Of a DNA stretch of 64,000 nucleotides, positions 31,739-40,778 are shown piece after piece. Both the position numbers and the translations under genes were made by a program. The notes below the pieces were generated by a model, which saw only the letters and a program-made list of their open reading frames with translations, was not told where the DNA came from and did no database searches. The DNA comes from Gemmatimonadales bacterium (GTDB lineage Bacteria; Gemmatimonadota; Gemmatimonadetes; Gemmatimonadales; GWC2-71-9): contig JBBCJC010000005.1 in the NCBI GenBank assembly GCA_037189525.1, positions 256,001-320,000 on the forward strand, read 5' to 3'. How positions within the stretch are numbered: position 1 is the first letter of the stretch; each line of letters begins with the position of its first letter.

Positions 31739-32838
31739 CGGACGATCACATCCGCTCGCACGGCGCCGGCGGCGCGCAGGGCCTCGAAGATCGCGGCCAC
31801 CTCGGGCGGACGGGCGCCGGCGGCGTGCAGCCCCGCAACCAGCGTTTGCACGCTCGATCCCGGGTTGGCGCGCACCAGACCTGCTCCGCCGCCACCGCCG
31901 TCAGCCGCGGTATCTCCGGTCGCTGCGGCCGTGGCGTCACCGCCGACCTGCACCGTGATGCCGCGATGGCTCACCGTCGCGGCGCCCAGCCGGATCTCGC
32001 CGCCGACCACGACGGTCCCGTCGCGCCCGTCAATGACGATGCGGGGCGACTCGGCCAGCGTAACCGGGAGGGTATCCACGGCCGCGAGCCACGCACTGAG
32101 ACTATCGGCACGTTCGGCCCCGGGGTTGAGCAAAATGCTGCCCGGATCGTCGGCCCGGGCGGTGCCGGCGCCGAACGCGGCGGAGATCGCGGCGGCAATC
32201 CGGGTGGCGGTCCGCAGATCGGGCTGCCGCAGGGCCAGTCGCGGTTCGCCCGCGAAGGTCACGGCCGGCTGATCGACCTCGAGGACACCGCCGTCGGCAA
32301 TCCGACCGGCGTTCCCCTGCCGGGTGCTGATCCGGCCCGAGCCATCCGTGGGCACTACGATCGGCCCCTGGGCCGTGGCGAGTGGCGCCTGGTTGGGATC
32401 GACCACCAGCGGGGAGATCCAGAGCACGCCGCCGCGGAGCGAGGTCGCGTCGCCCATGGCCGCGACCTGCACCTCGAAGCGACCGCCGGGTCGCAGATAC
32501 GGCGAGAGTTCGGCGGTGATGAGAACGGCCGCGACGTTCCGAAGCCGGAGCTGTTCGGGCGGCACTTCGATATTGAAGCGGCGGAGCAGATTGACGACCG
32601 AACGCACCGTCATGGTCGAGGAACTTTGAGTTCCGAAGCTCCGGTCGCCGGTACCGTCGAGGCCGACAACGAGGCCGTAGCCGACCAGGCGACGCGGGAC
32701 GACGCCCTGCCGGACGGTGAGATCGCCGATCCGCGCCTCTTGCTGCGCAACGGCGGCGGACCCCAGTCCGGCCAGCAGGCCGAACGACACCATCATGACA
32801 CGAGCGCGACGAAACGCGCGGAGACGAATCGGCATCAT
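31735..32838 (-). CDS. flgI: Flagellar P-ring protein
   Basis: LVGYGLVVGLDGTGD, NVAAVLITA, GDATSLRGG, GTVVVG, EALRAAGA. True start may lie a few codons downstream. Confidence 0.93.
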   Translation of the reverse strand: MMPIRLRAFRRARVMMVSFGLLAGLGSAAVAQQEARIGDLTVRQGVVPRRLVGYGLVVGLDGTGDRSFGTQSSSTMTVRSVVNLLRRFNIEVPPEQLRLRNVAAVLITAELSPYLRPGGRFEVQVAAMGDATSLRGGVLWISPLVVDPNQAPLATAQGPIVVPTDGSGRISTRQGNAGRIADGGVLEVDQPAVTFAGEPRLALRQPDLRTATRIAAAISAAFGAGTARADDPGSILLNPGAERADSLSAWLAAVDTLPVTLAESPRIVIDGRDGTVVVGGEIRLGAATVSHRGITVQVGGDATAAATGDTAADGGGGGAGLVRANPGSSVQTLVAGLHAAGARPPEVAAIFEALRAAGAVRADVIVR

Positions 32839-33461
32839 GGCCAGAGAATCGAGAGGATCTTGCCGAGGATACCGGTCCGCGGCCCGATCTTCTTCCCGTT
32901 GTAGGTGATGACCGCATCGGCAATCCGGGACGACGACACCAGATTGCGCGACGAGACGTCTTCGGCGCGAACCAGTCCCTTGATCTGCACCTGCTGGGGC
33001 CGGCCGTCGACGACGACGTTCTTGGAGCCTTCGATGGTGGCGATTCCGTTGGCGTCGATCGAGAGGACACGAACGGTGAGCACGGCCGTCAACTGGCCGC
33101 GGCGACCGCTTTCGCCGACATCGCTGGAGGAGGACTCGAGGCCGGTCGAGAAGTCTTTGGCCGGTCCCAGACGATTGGCGGGGTCGATTCCGACGCCGAT
33201 CTTGGCCCGCTGGCCCCGGTCGGCAGACGCGCGGGTCGAGACCCGTTCGCTTGCTGCGGTGGCTTCATCGACGACGATCGTCAGCAGGTCGCCGGGGCGC
33301 AGGGGAAACCGGTCCGAGAACCAGCCGGCGCGCGGCTGCGCCATGGCAGCGGGTACGGCGGCAAGCCGAGTGGCCGTATCGGCGCCGGCCGGCGGCGGAT
33401 TCTGCGCGGCAAGTTGACTGGTAGCGAGGATCAGCAGGCCAGCGGCTGTCAGTGATCGCAT
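32835..33461 (-). CDS. flgH: Flagellar L-ring protein
   Basis: FSD...GDLLTIVVDE, GLVRAEDV...VSSSRIADA; position between flgA and flgI. Confidence 0.88.
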   Translation of the reverse strand: MRSLTAAGLLILATSQLAAQNPPPAGADTATRLAAVPAAMAQPRAGWFSDRFPLRPGDLLTIVVDEATAASERVSTRASADRGQRAKIGVGIDPANRLGPAKDFSTGLESSSSDVGESGRRGQLTAVLTVRVLSIDANGIATIEGSKNVVVDGRPQQVQIKGLVRAEDVSSRNLVSSSRIADAVITYNGKKIGPRTGILGKILSILWP

Positions 33462-34123
33462 CAGCGACGTCCCTTCCCTTCCAAACGAGCGGTCCCCGGC
33501 CCCGTTGCGGTGCCGGTGAGTTGTTGTCGTCCTTCCGAATCGCGTCCGATGACCCGCTCGCCGCGGCGAGCGCGGGTGGCGGCGACACCTTCACGCACGA
33601 TCCGGAATCCATCCTGTTCCCAGACAAAGGCAATCCGATCGCCGGGTTCGATGACCGGCGGCTCGGCGACATTGGCACCGGCGGCGAGATCGCCCGCGGC
33701 GAGATTCCGCCGGGTTTCCCAGCCGATCGGCGTCGGCGTTTCGTGAGAGGCGGGCGGTCCCCACACCGTGCGCAGCTCGCGCGCGAGGTCGTCCGAATCG
33801 AGCCGCTGCCCGGTCGCAACCGGCCGGGTCACGACCCAGACCGAATCCTCGACGCCGGCCCGAATCGAGACGGCCGTTTCGCCCGTGGCTGAACGAATCG
33901 CCACGACGTACCGGCCATCGCGCCCCGCGCCGAGCACCCGCACCGCCGCCGAGTCGGGCAACGGGGTCCGGGAACGGAGCTGGCCCCAGCTGAGGACGAC
34001 GCGATCGGCCGCGACCTTCCAGTCGGTCGCGAGCGCCGAACGCACCTGCGCGGCAATCGTCTCCGGGACGGAGTCGCCTGCCGCCGCAGCGAGAACGAGG
34101 AGCAGGCTACCGGACCAGATCAT
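33461..34123 (-). CDS. flgA: P-ring formation chaperone FlgA
   Basis: Signal peptide plus SAF-like segment (VWVVTRPVATGQRL...PPVIEPGDRI); flgG-flgA-flgH order. Confidence 0.78.
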   Translation of the reverse strand: MIWSGSLLLVLAAAAGDSVPETIAAQVRSALATDWKVAADRVVLSWGQLRSRTPLPDSAAVRVLGAGRDGRYVVAIRSATGETAVSIRAGVEDSVWVVTRPVATGQRLDSDDLARELRTVWGPPASHETPTPIGWETRRNLAAGDLAAGANVAEPPVIEPGDRIAFVWEQDGFRIVREGVAATRARRGERVIGRDSEGRQQLTGTATGPGTARLEGKGRR

Positions 34124-34898
34124 TGGTGATCTGCATCATGTCGTCGGTCGCCCGAATCGCCTTGGAGTTGATCTCGTAGGCGCGCTGCGCGGCGATCATA
34201 TCCGTCATCTCGAGCACGATTTCGACGTTGCTCGCCTCGAGCGAGCCCTGCACGATCCGGCCGAAGCCGCCTTCCTGCGCCTGACCCAGCACCGGTTGTC
34301 CACTGGCCACGGTTTCGCCGTAGAGATTCTCACCCAGGCTTTCCAGCCCGGTGACGTTGGTGAACCGCGCCAGTTCGATCCGGCCGACTTCGACCGGCAT
34401 GGCCCCCGCTTCACCGTTCCGCACCGAGACGATCCCGTTGGCCGAGACGGTGACTTCGACCGCATCGGCCGGGATGGTGACGCCGGGCTGGAGGAGATAA
34501 CCCGCGCTGGTGATCATGGCGCCGGTGCTCGAAAGCGTGAAACTGCCGTCGCGGGTGTAGCCGAGCGATCCGTCGGGCCGCTGCACCTGGAAGAAGCCGT
34601 CGCCCTCGATACCGAGATCGAAGGGGCGGCCCGTTTCCGCCAGGGTGCCCTGCTGATGCAGCCGGAGCACGTTGGCCACCCGGACACCTTTACCCACCTG
34701 GATCGGGCCGACGGTTTCGGCGCTCTGATAGTTGACCAGCGACTCGCCCTGGAGCGTTTCGTAGAGCACGTCTTCGAACGAGGCGCGGCTCCGCTTGAAC
34801 GCCGTGGTGTTGACGTTGGCCAGGTTGTTGGCGATCACGTCGATGGCGCGCTGCTGGGCAATCATACCGCTCGCCGCGGTCCGTAATGCGGGATTCAT
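34107..34898 (-). CDS. flgG: Distal rod protein FlgG
   Basis: IANNLANVNTTAFK, YTRDGSF, LEASNV...QRAYEINSK. Confidence 0.96.
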   Translation of the reverse strand: MNPALRTAASGMIAQQRAIDVIANNLANVNTTAFKRSRASFEDVLYETLQGESLVNYQSAETVGPIQVGKGVRVANVLRLHQQGTLAETGRPFDLGIEGDGFFQVQRPDGSLGYTRDGSFTLSSTGAMITSAGYLLQPGVTIPADAVEVTVSANGIVSVRNGEAGAMPVEVGRIELARFTNVTGLESLGENLYGETVASGQPVLGQAQEGGFGRIVQGSLEASNVEIVLEMTDMIAAQRAYEINSKAIRATDDMMQITNDLVR

Positions 34899-34919
34899 GT
34901 CATTCGCTCCCTGTTATGC

Positions 34920-35612
34920 CTAGACGCGGGCGATGTCGCGGGTCACCGACCCGAGCACACCGTCCATGGTCCGGAGTACCGTCGCACTGGCTGCGTAGGC
35001 GCGTTGGATCTCGACCAGCGACACCATCCCGCCGATCGAATTCAGATTGGCTTCTTCCAGCTGTCCCTGGCGTACCTGCACCGACTCGGCCTGGGTCAGT
35101 TCCGTGGTCGGCACGACGTATCGGGACGAGCCCTCCTTCATCAGCGGCACCCCCTCATTGGGGAGCACCAGGCGGAGCCGATCGACCGGCTGCCCGTCGC
35201 TGCGCACGGTCCCGTCCGGATCGATTTCGATCGTGGCGCCCTGCAGCAGGATCGAGCCCTGCTCACCGAGCACGGGGTATCCTTCGTCCGTGGTGAGGCG
35301 ACCGTCGCCGTCCAGTTTGAGGCTGCCGCCTCGGCTCAGCCGATCACCCCAGGGGGTTTCGATCGTCAGATAGCCGCGTCCCTCGAGGGCAATGTCGAGG
35401 GTCCGACCGGTGGTCCGGAGCCCGCCCTGCGAATGGTCGGTGGCCTCGACCGGCACCGGCGAGTCATAGTCGCCCGGTCGATGCGCGACCAGCCGATCGG
35501 CCTTGAAGCCGGCAGTGCCCGCGTTGGCGAGGTTATTGGCAGTGATTTCCTGACGGCGGCTGTAATACGACATCGTCTTGGCCGCGGTCAGTATCCCGGA
35601 AAACGTGTTCAT
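34920..35612 (-). CDS. flgF: Rod protein FlgF
   Basis: ANNLANAGTAGFK, TGRTLDIALEG, LEEANL...QRAY; upstream of flgG. Confidence 0.88.
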   Translation of the reverse strand: MNTFSGILTAAKTMSYYSRRQEITANNLANAGTAGFKADRLVAHRPGDYDSPVPVEATDHSQGGLRTTGRTLDIALEGRGYLTIETPWGDRLSRGGSLKLDGDGRLTTDEGYPVLGEQGSILLQGATIEIDPDGTVRSDGQPVDRLRLVLPNEGVPLMKEGSSRYVVPTTELTQAESVQVRQGQLEEANLNSIGGMVSLVEIQRAYAASATVLRTMDGVLGSVTRDIARV

Positions 35613-35637
35613 GGTCTACCTCCTAATGGGCAAGGAG

Positions 35638-35652
35638 GCAACCGATGTGCCG
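35638..35652 (-). promoter_or_regulatory. Sigma54 promoter for the flgFGAHIJNK operon
   Basis: Minus strand CGGCAC-ATCGG-TTGC; IHF-like TTTCAA-TAGG-TTA at about 35692-35704. Confidence 0.8.
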
Positions 35653-35701
35653 AGCGGGGCGAATCAGGGGGTTGCAATGCAACCCCCTGTATTTCAATAG
35701 G

Positions 35702-36154
35702 TTACGAACGGGCGGCGGGTTGACGGGCCGAGGCCGTCTCGGCGGCGTCCGGCTGGGATGACCGGAAGGACTTGCCACCTGGAAAAGTCGGGTCGACGGC
35801 GATCGGACCGAGCATGATCCGGACCGCATCCTGGGGGAGGCCGGTGGCCTGCGCGATGACCGAGGCGCCCTGCCCTTTTTTCGACATCTCGATCACGGTC
35901 CGCCACGGCTCCGCGAAGCCGCCCTTGGGCTGACGTCGCTTCCGCCAGAGCGTCGCGATGACGCCGATGGCAAGTACCGCCCCGATGCCGGCCAACGCCG
36001 GCCACCGCGCCGCGCCGAGCCCCTGCTCAACCGCAGCAAGCGCAGGGCCGACCCGGCTTCCGAGCTGGCTCAACTCACCCCACCGGCTGGCGATCGACAC
36101 GACACCCAGCCCGCCGACCACGGTCCCTACGCTGATCCAGAGTCGCTTGTTCAC
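35702..36154 (-). CDS. Membrane-anchored protein with C-terminal HTH-like domain (DUF2802/SwrB/FipA-like)
   Basis: Two hydrophobic segments, then VIEMSKKGQGASVIAQATGLPQDAVRIML; GTGA overlap with fliA. Confidence 0.6.
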   Translation of the reverse strand: MNKRLWISVGTVVGGLGVVSIASRWGELSQLGSRVGPALAAVEQGLGAARWPALAGIGAVLAIGVIATLWRKRRQPKGGFAEPWRTVIEMSKKGQGASVIAQATGLPQDAVRIMLGPIAVDPTFPGGKSFRSSQPDAAETASARQPAARS

Positions 36155-36915
36155 AGTCCACCTTCCTTGACGAGCGGGAGTTCCCGCAACCGCTTGAGCG
36201 CCTGGGTCCGGATCTGGCTGATCCGCGACTCGGTGACGTGAAGCACCTCGGCGATCTGCTTCAGATTGAGTTCTTCGTAGTAATAGAGCGAGAGCACCGT
36301 CCGCTCACGGGGCGGCAGCGCACGAATCGCGAGTTTGAGGCGGCTCAGCGTTTCCTGACGTCCGATTTCTTCGACGACCGCGCCGGTATCCGGATCGGCC
36401 AGGGTCTCTTCCAATCGGAGTGCATCGTCTCCGCCGCGGGCCACCGTCCCGGTCAGTGACACCATCAATCCACCGTCGACGTCTTCCTTCATCCGGAAGT
36501 ACGCATCGAGTTCGATCCCCATGGCCGAAGCCACTTCCTCGGGGCCGGGCGGGCGGCCGTATTTGGTCTCGAGTGCCTGGACCACGGCGGCGAGCTGCCG
36601 CCCCTTGGTCCGCACGCTGCGGGGACGCCAGTCGCGGCTCCGCAACTCATCGAGAATGGCCCCGCGGATCCGCCGCATGGCATAGGTGCTGAATGCCAGA
36701 CCTCGGCTGATGTCGAACCCTTCGAGCGCCTGCACCAGTCCCAGCGTGCCCGCCCCAAGCAAATCATCGAAGTCGACGGCGTGGCCGACCCGGGTGGCCA
36801 TGTCGCGGGCGCTATGATGGACCAGACCGAGATACTGGTCGAGCAGCTGCGCACGCGCCTCGGGATCACGGTGTACCGTGTACCGCTCCCAGAGGGCATC
36901 GGTCACTGGTGTCAT
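36151..36915 (-). CDS. fliA: RNA polymerase sigma28 (FliA/WhiG family)
   Basis: FSTYAMRRIRGAILDELRSRDW; LYYYEELNLKQIAEVLHVTESRISQI. Confidence 0.95.
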   Translation of the reverse strand: MTPVTDALWERYTVHRDPEARAQLLDQYLGLVHHSARDMATRVGHAVDFDDLLGAGTLGLVQALEGFDISRGLAFSTYAMRRIRGAILDELRSRDWRPRSVRTKGRQLAAVVQALETKYGRPPGPEEVASAMGIELDAYFRMKEDVDGGLMVSLTGTVARGGDDALRLEETLADPDTGAVVEEIGRQETLSRLKLAIRALPPRERTVLSLYYYEELNLKQIAEVLHVTESRISQIRTQALKRLRELPLVKEGGL

Positions 36916-37754
36916 GCTCGCCCTCCCGTTTCCGCCGTGGCGAGCGGCTCGGCCACGGGCAGGAGGGTGGCCAGATCACGGATTTCACGACGAAGATCCG
37001 CGAGGTTGAGATCGTTGAGTATCCCGCCGGGGCGCCGCATCGTGTTTCGTAGAGCGCTGGTTTCGGTCAGACCACCCACCGAATGCAGCGTCCGCCCGAG
37101 GAAGCGATCGGCCGCAATCGCCAGGCGATCGAAAGCCTGCTCGACCTCTTCGGGCGCCACGGCCCGATTGACCAGCACATCGATCGGAAGCGACGGCAGC
37201 TGCGCATGCACCAGTTTGATCAGCGCGTAGGCGTCGGTCAGCGCCGACACCTCCGGAACCGTGACCACGAGCAACTTGGTGCCGCCCATCGTGGCGAGGC
37301 GCACAGCCGTTTCGACACCGGGGCCGGCATCGACCACGACCACGTCGAAATCATCGTAGAGCGCCGCCAGGCGGTGATGGAGCCGAGCCTGGTCGACGGC
37401 CGGGAGCGCATAGAGCGATTCGGCCCCGGAGTCACTCGGCAGGAGCCAGAGACCGTCGGACACCTGGCAGACCAGTTGGGCCGGCTCCGCTTCGCCGCGC
37501 AGCACCTGCTCCAGGCGCGCATCGATGGCCACGCCGAGCAGCACGTGCAGGTGGCCAAGATTCTGGGAGCCATCCACCAGCAGGACCCGGCGACCGGATT
37601 CGGCCATGGCCTGCGCCACCAGAACGGAGACGACCGACTTCCCGACCCCACCCTTCCCGCTGCCCACGACATACACGGGCTTGGGCGGCGTGGGATCGGC
37701 TTCGACGACGACCTGCGCCGTCAGTTGCCTCAACTGCAATGCTTGATCGTTCAT
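36912..37754 (-). CDS. flhG: MinD-like ATPase FlhG/FleN
   Basis: N-terminal DQALQLR (DQAxxLR), deviant Walker A SGKGGVGKS, TDAYALIK. Confidence 0.9.
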   Translation of the reverse strand: MNDQALQLRQLTAQVVVEADPTPPKPVYVVGSGKGGVGKSVVSVLVAQAMAESGRRVLLVDGSQNLGHLHVLLGVAIDARLEQVLRGEAEPAQLVCQVSDGLWLLPSDSGAESLYALPAVDQARLHHRLAALYDDFDVVVVDAGPGVETAVRLATMGGTKLLVVTVPEVSALTDAYALIKLVHAQLPSLPIDVLVNRAVAPEEVEQAFDRLAIAADRFLGRTLHSVGGLTETSALRNTMRRPGGILNDLNLADLRREIRDLATLLPVAEPLATAETGGRA

Positions 37755-38596
37755 GCGACCGCCTCATAGAGCGTGCTGCCGCTTTGCCGGCTGATTCGCG
37801 CGGCGGTCAGCGCCTCATCGGCCGAGCCCAGATCGAAGGGCACGTCCTGACCGTCCGTGGTCCAGCGAATCGGAAGATTCTGGCTCACCGCGAGTTCGAA
37901 GAGGCCTGATTCATCGGGCGCCTCGTCGCGCTTGGTGACCAGGAGATGGGTCGCCACCGGAGTCCGCTGCTCACGTAACAGATTGCGGACCAGATGCGTC
38001 GGCATCGATGCCGGCACCGTCAGATGGACTTCCCGCGGTTCGAGCATCCGCAACAACTCGGCCGTAAACTCGCGATCCTGCCGGTGACGCGGGCTGCGTC
38101 CCGGGCTGTCGACCAGCAACACGTCGCACCCGGTGAGCCGCTGCCGGGCCCGCTCCAGGTCGTCGAAGCCCCAGACCACTTCCAGCGGCAGACGGGCAAT
38201 CTCGGAGTAGGTGCGGAGCTGCTCGACAGCGCCGATCCGGTAGGTATCGAGCCCGATCAGGCCGACCTTGCGGGTTCCGAAGATCCGAGGGTGGGTCGCC
38301 AGCTTGGCAATGGTCGTCGTCTTGCCGGCCCCGGTAGGCCCGACCAGCGCGATGACCAGTTGTCCCTCCGGCGGCTGCGCAGGAACCATCAGCTCGAGTG
38401 CTGCCACCGGTGCCGAGCGCGGGGCCAGATCGCCACGGGCCGCGGTGTCCGGGTCGGCAGCGGCCACTTCGAACATGATGCCGTCTTCGGTACGGAACCG
38501 CCGCACGTGGAGAATCACCGCATCGGCGCCGATGGTGGTCTGCGCCTGCTTGAGCAGCACGGCGACGTTCGATCCGACCAAGGTTTTAACTGGCAC
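37751..38596 (-). CDS. flhF: SRP-type GTPase FlhF (short form)
   Basis: GPTGAGKTT, DTYRIGAVEQL, DSPGRS, TKRDE, GQDVP; located between flhA and flhG. Confidence 0.9.
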   Translation of the reverse strand: MPVKTLVGSNVAVLLKQAQTTIGADAVILHVRRFRTEDGIMFEVAAADPDTAARGDLAPRSAPVAALELMVPAQPPEGQLVIALVGPTGAGKTTTIAKLATHPRIFGTRKVGLIGLDTYRIGAVEQLRTYSEIARLPLEVVWGFDDLERARQRLTGCDVLLVDSPGRSPRHRQDREFTAELLRMLEPREVHLTVPASMPTHLVRNLLREQRTPVATHLLVTKRDEAPDESGLFELAVSQNLPIRWTTDGQDVPFDLGSADEALTAARISRQSGSTLYEAVA

Positions 38597-40778
38597 GGGG
38601 CAACTCCCAGGTAGCGAGACTCAGAATCGGGGCCTGCGTCGGCAGCTCACCGAGCGACAACACCGGAAGCTTGGGCAACACCGGCTCGACCAGCCGCCGG
38701 ATGCCGGTCCGGAGGCTCGGCGGCGCAATCAGCGCCGGCCAATGTCCGTCATGACGATGCGACGCCACCAGTTCGTTGAGGCGGCGCAGCGCTTCGGTCA
38801 GTTCATCGGGATCCATGGTCCGGGCTCCGCCCTCGCGGAGGGGACGCGGACTGAAGAGCTGCATCAGGGCGGCTTCGAGCCGAGGCCCGACGGTAATGCC
38901 GCGGATGCTGCCATCGGCCTGGGCAAAGAGCTGCAGAATGATCGAGCCCATGGCGCGGCGGACATGCTCCGCCAGCGTCTCCGGATCCTTGGTCGTGTCG
39001 GCGCCGTCGGACAGCGCTTCGAGGATGCTGACGAGATCGCGAATCGGGAGCCCTTCGCGAAGCAGGCGCTGCAGCACCCGGTGAACCGCACCGAGCGAGA
39101 GCTTGCCGGGCACGACGTCGTCGACGAGCGCCGGATGGCTTTCCTTGACCCCGTCGAGGAGTTCGCGCGTATGCTGCCGGGTCAGGAGGTCGGCCGCATG
39201 TTCGCGAACGGTTTCCATCAGATGCGTCGACAACACGGTGGCCGGCTCGACCACGGTGTAGCCGCTCGCCTCGGCTTCGATACGCAGATCGGGTGAAATC
39301 CAGACGGCCGGCATCCCGAAGCTCGGATCGGTGGTCTGGATACCTTCGATGGGCGCCGCCACGCCATTGGTATCGAGCGCGAGCACGAACCGCGGCATGA
39401 CCTCGCCGCCCGCCACGCGAATCCCGCGCAGCTTGATGGCATACTCCGTGGCCGGCAGCTGAATGTTGTCGCGAATCCGGGCCGACGGCACGATGATGCC
39501 GAGTTCGAGCGCGAGCTTCTGCCGCGTCAGCGAGATTCGCCTGAGCAGGTCACCGTTCTGAGCTTCGTCGACCAGCGGCACCAGGGCGTAGCCGATCTCG
39601 ACTTCGAGCGGTTCGACCGCGAGCAGATCCTTGATCGGCGCAGCGGACGGACCAACGGCGGCCGGGGCAGCATCTTCACTGGCGCGGCGACCCGCTTCAT
39701 CCTCTTCCGCAATCGACTTGCGCGCCAACCATCCGGTACCACCCGCGCCGGCCGCGAGCATCAGGAACGGAATCGAGGGCAGGCCGGGCACGATGGCAAA
39801 CGCCGCCAGAATGCCGGCCGCGATGAACATGACCCGCGGCGAACGGAGCAGCTGGCGATTCATCGCCATGCCCATCGCCGGGTTGTTGGCGCCGTAGGTC
39901 ACCAGGATACCGGCGGCCGTACTGACGATCAGCGCAGGCACCTGCGTCACGATACCGTCACCGACGGTGAGCCGCGTATAGGTCGTCATCGAGTCCATGG
40001 CGGACATGTCCTGCTGCGTCACGCCGATGACGAATCCGCCCAGTAGATTGACCGCCGTGATCACGAGGCTGGCCGCCGCGTCACCCCGAACGAACTTCGC
40101 GGCGCCGTCCATCGAGCCGTAGAAGTCGGAGTACCGGGCAATCTCTTCGCGCCGAATCCGCGCTTCGGCTTCATCGATCAGGCCGGCCGACAGGTCGGCA
40201 TCGATGCTCATCTGCCGGCCGGGCATCGCGTCCAAGGTGAATCGGGCCGCGACCTCGGCAATGCGGCCGGCGCCTTTGGTGATCACCATGAAGTTGATGG
40301 CGACCAGGATCAGGAAGATGACGAGACCGACGACGTAGTTTCCGCCGATCACGAACCCGCCGAAGGCGTCGATGACCCGGCCCGCTTTGGCTTCGCTCAG
40401 AATCAGCCGGGTGCTGCTGACCGTGAGGCCGAGCCGAAAGAGGGTGACCAGAAGGAGCACGCTCGGGAAGACGCTGAAATCGAGCGGGTCGTTGGACGAT
40501 ACCGCGACCAGCAAAATTAGAATCGAGAGCCCGATGTTGAGCGCCAGCAGCGCATCGAGCGCCACTGGAGCCAGCGGTACGATCAGCAGCGCGACGATGA
40601 CCACCACGCCAATGGCGAGATAGGTCTCGGCGCCCAGGCCGCCTCCGGTCAACCGGCTGGCCGCCGGTGCGGCGCCGGTGGCACGCGAGCCCTTGGCCCC
40701 TGCCCCGTTGCCTCCGGACGGCGGCGTCCCGCCACCCTGCGGACGAATCGGCGCTCCGGCCAGTGTCGGCGCGGTCAT
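38586..40778 (-). CDS. flhA: Export gate protein FlhA
   Basis: FHIPEP motif RIAEVAARFTLDAMPGRQMSIDADL; FYGSMDGAAKFVRGD. Confidence 0.97.
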   Translation of the reverse strand: MTAPTLAGAPIRPQGGGTPPSGGNGAGAKGSRATGAAPAASRLTGGGLGAETYLAIGVVVIVALLIVPLAPVALDALLALNIGLSILILLVAVSSNDPLDFSVFPSVLLLVTLFRLGLTVSSTRLILSEAKAGRVIDAFGGFVIGGNYVVGLVIFLILVAINFMVITKGAGRIAEVAARFTLDAMPGRQMSIDADLSAGLIDEAEARIRREEIARYSDFYGSMDGAAKFVRGDAAASLVITAVNLLGGFVIGVTQQDMSAMDSMTTYTRLTVGDGIVTQVPALIVSTAAGILVTYGANNPAMGMAMNRQLLRSPRVMFIAAGILAAFAIVPGLPSIPFLMLAAGAGGTGWLARKSIAEEDEAGRRASEDAAPAAVGPSAAPIKDLLAVEPLEVEIGYALVPLVDEAQNGDLLRRISLTRQKLALELGIIVPSARIRDNIQLPATEYAIKLRGIRVAGGEVMPRFVLALDTNGVAAPIEGIQTTDPSFGMPAVWISPDLRIEAEASGYTVVEPATVLSTHLMETVREHAADLLTRQHTRELLDGVKESHPALVDDVVPGKLSLGAVHRVLQRLLREGLPIRDLVSILEALSDGADTTKDPETLAEHVRRAMGSIILQLFAQADGSIRGITVGPRLEAALMQLFSPRPLREGGARTMDPDELTEALRRLNELVASHRHDGHWPALIAPPSLRTGIRRLVEPVLPKLPVLSLGELPTQAPILSLATWELPRAS

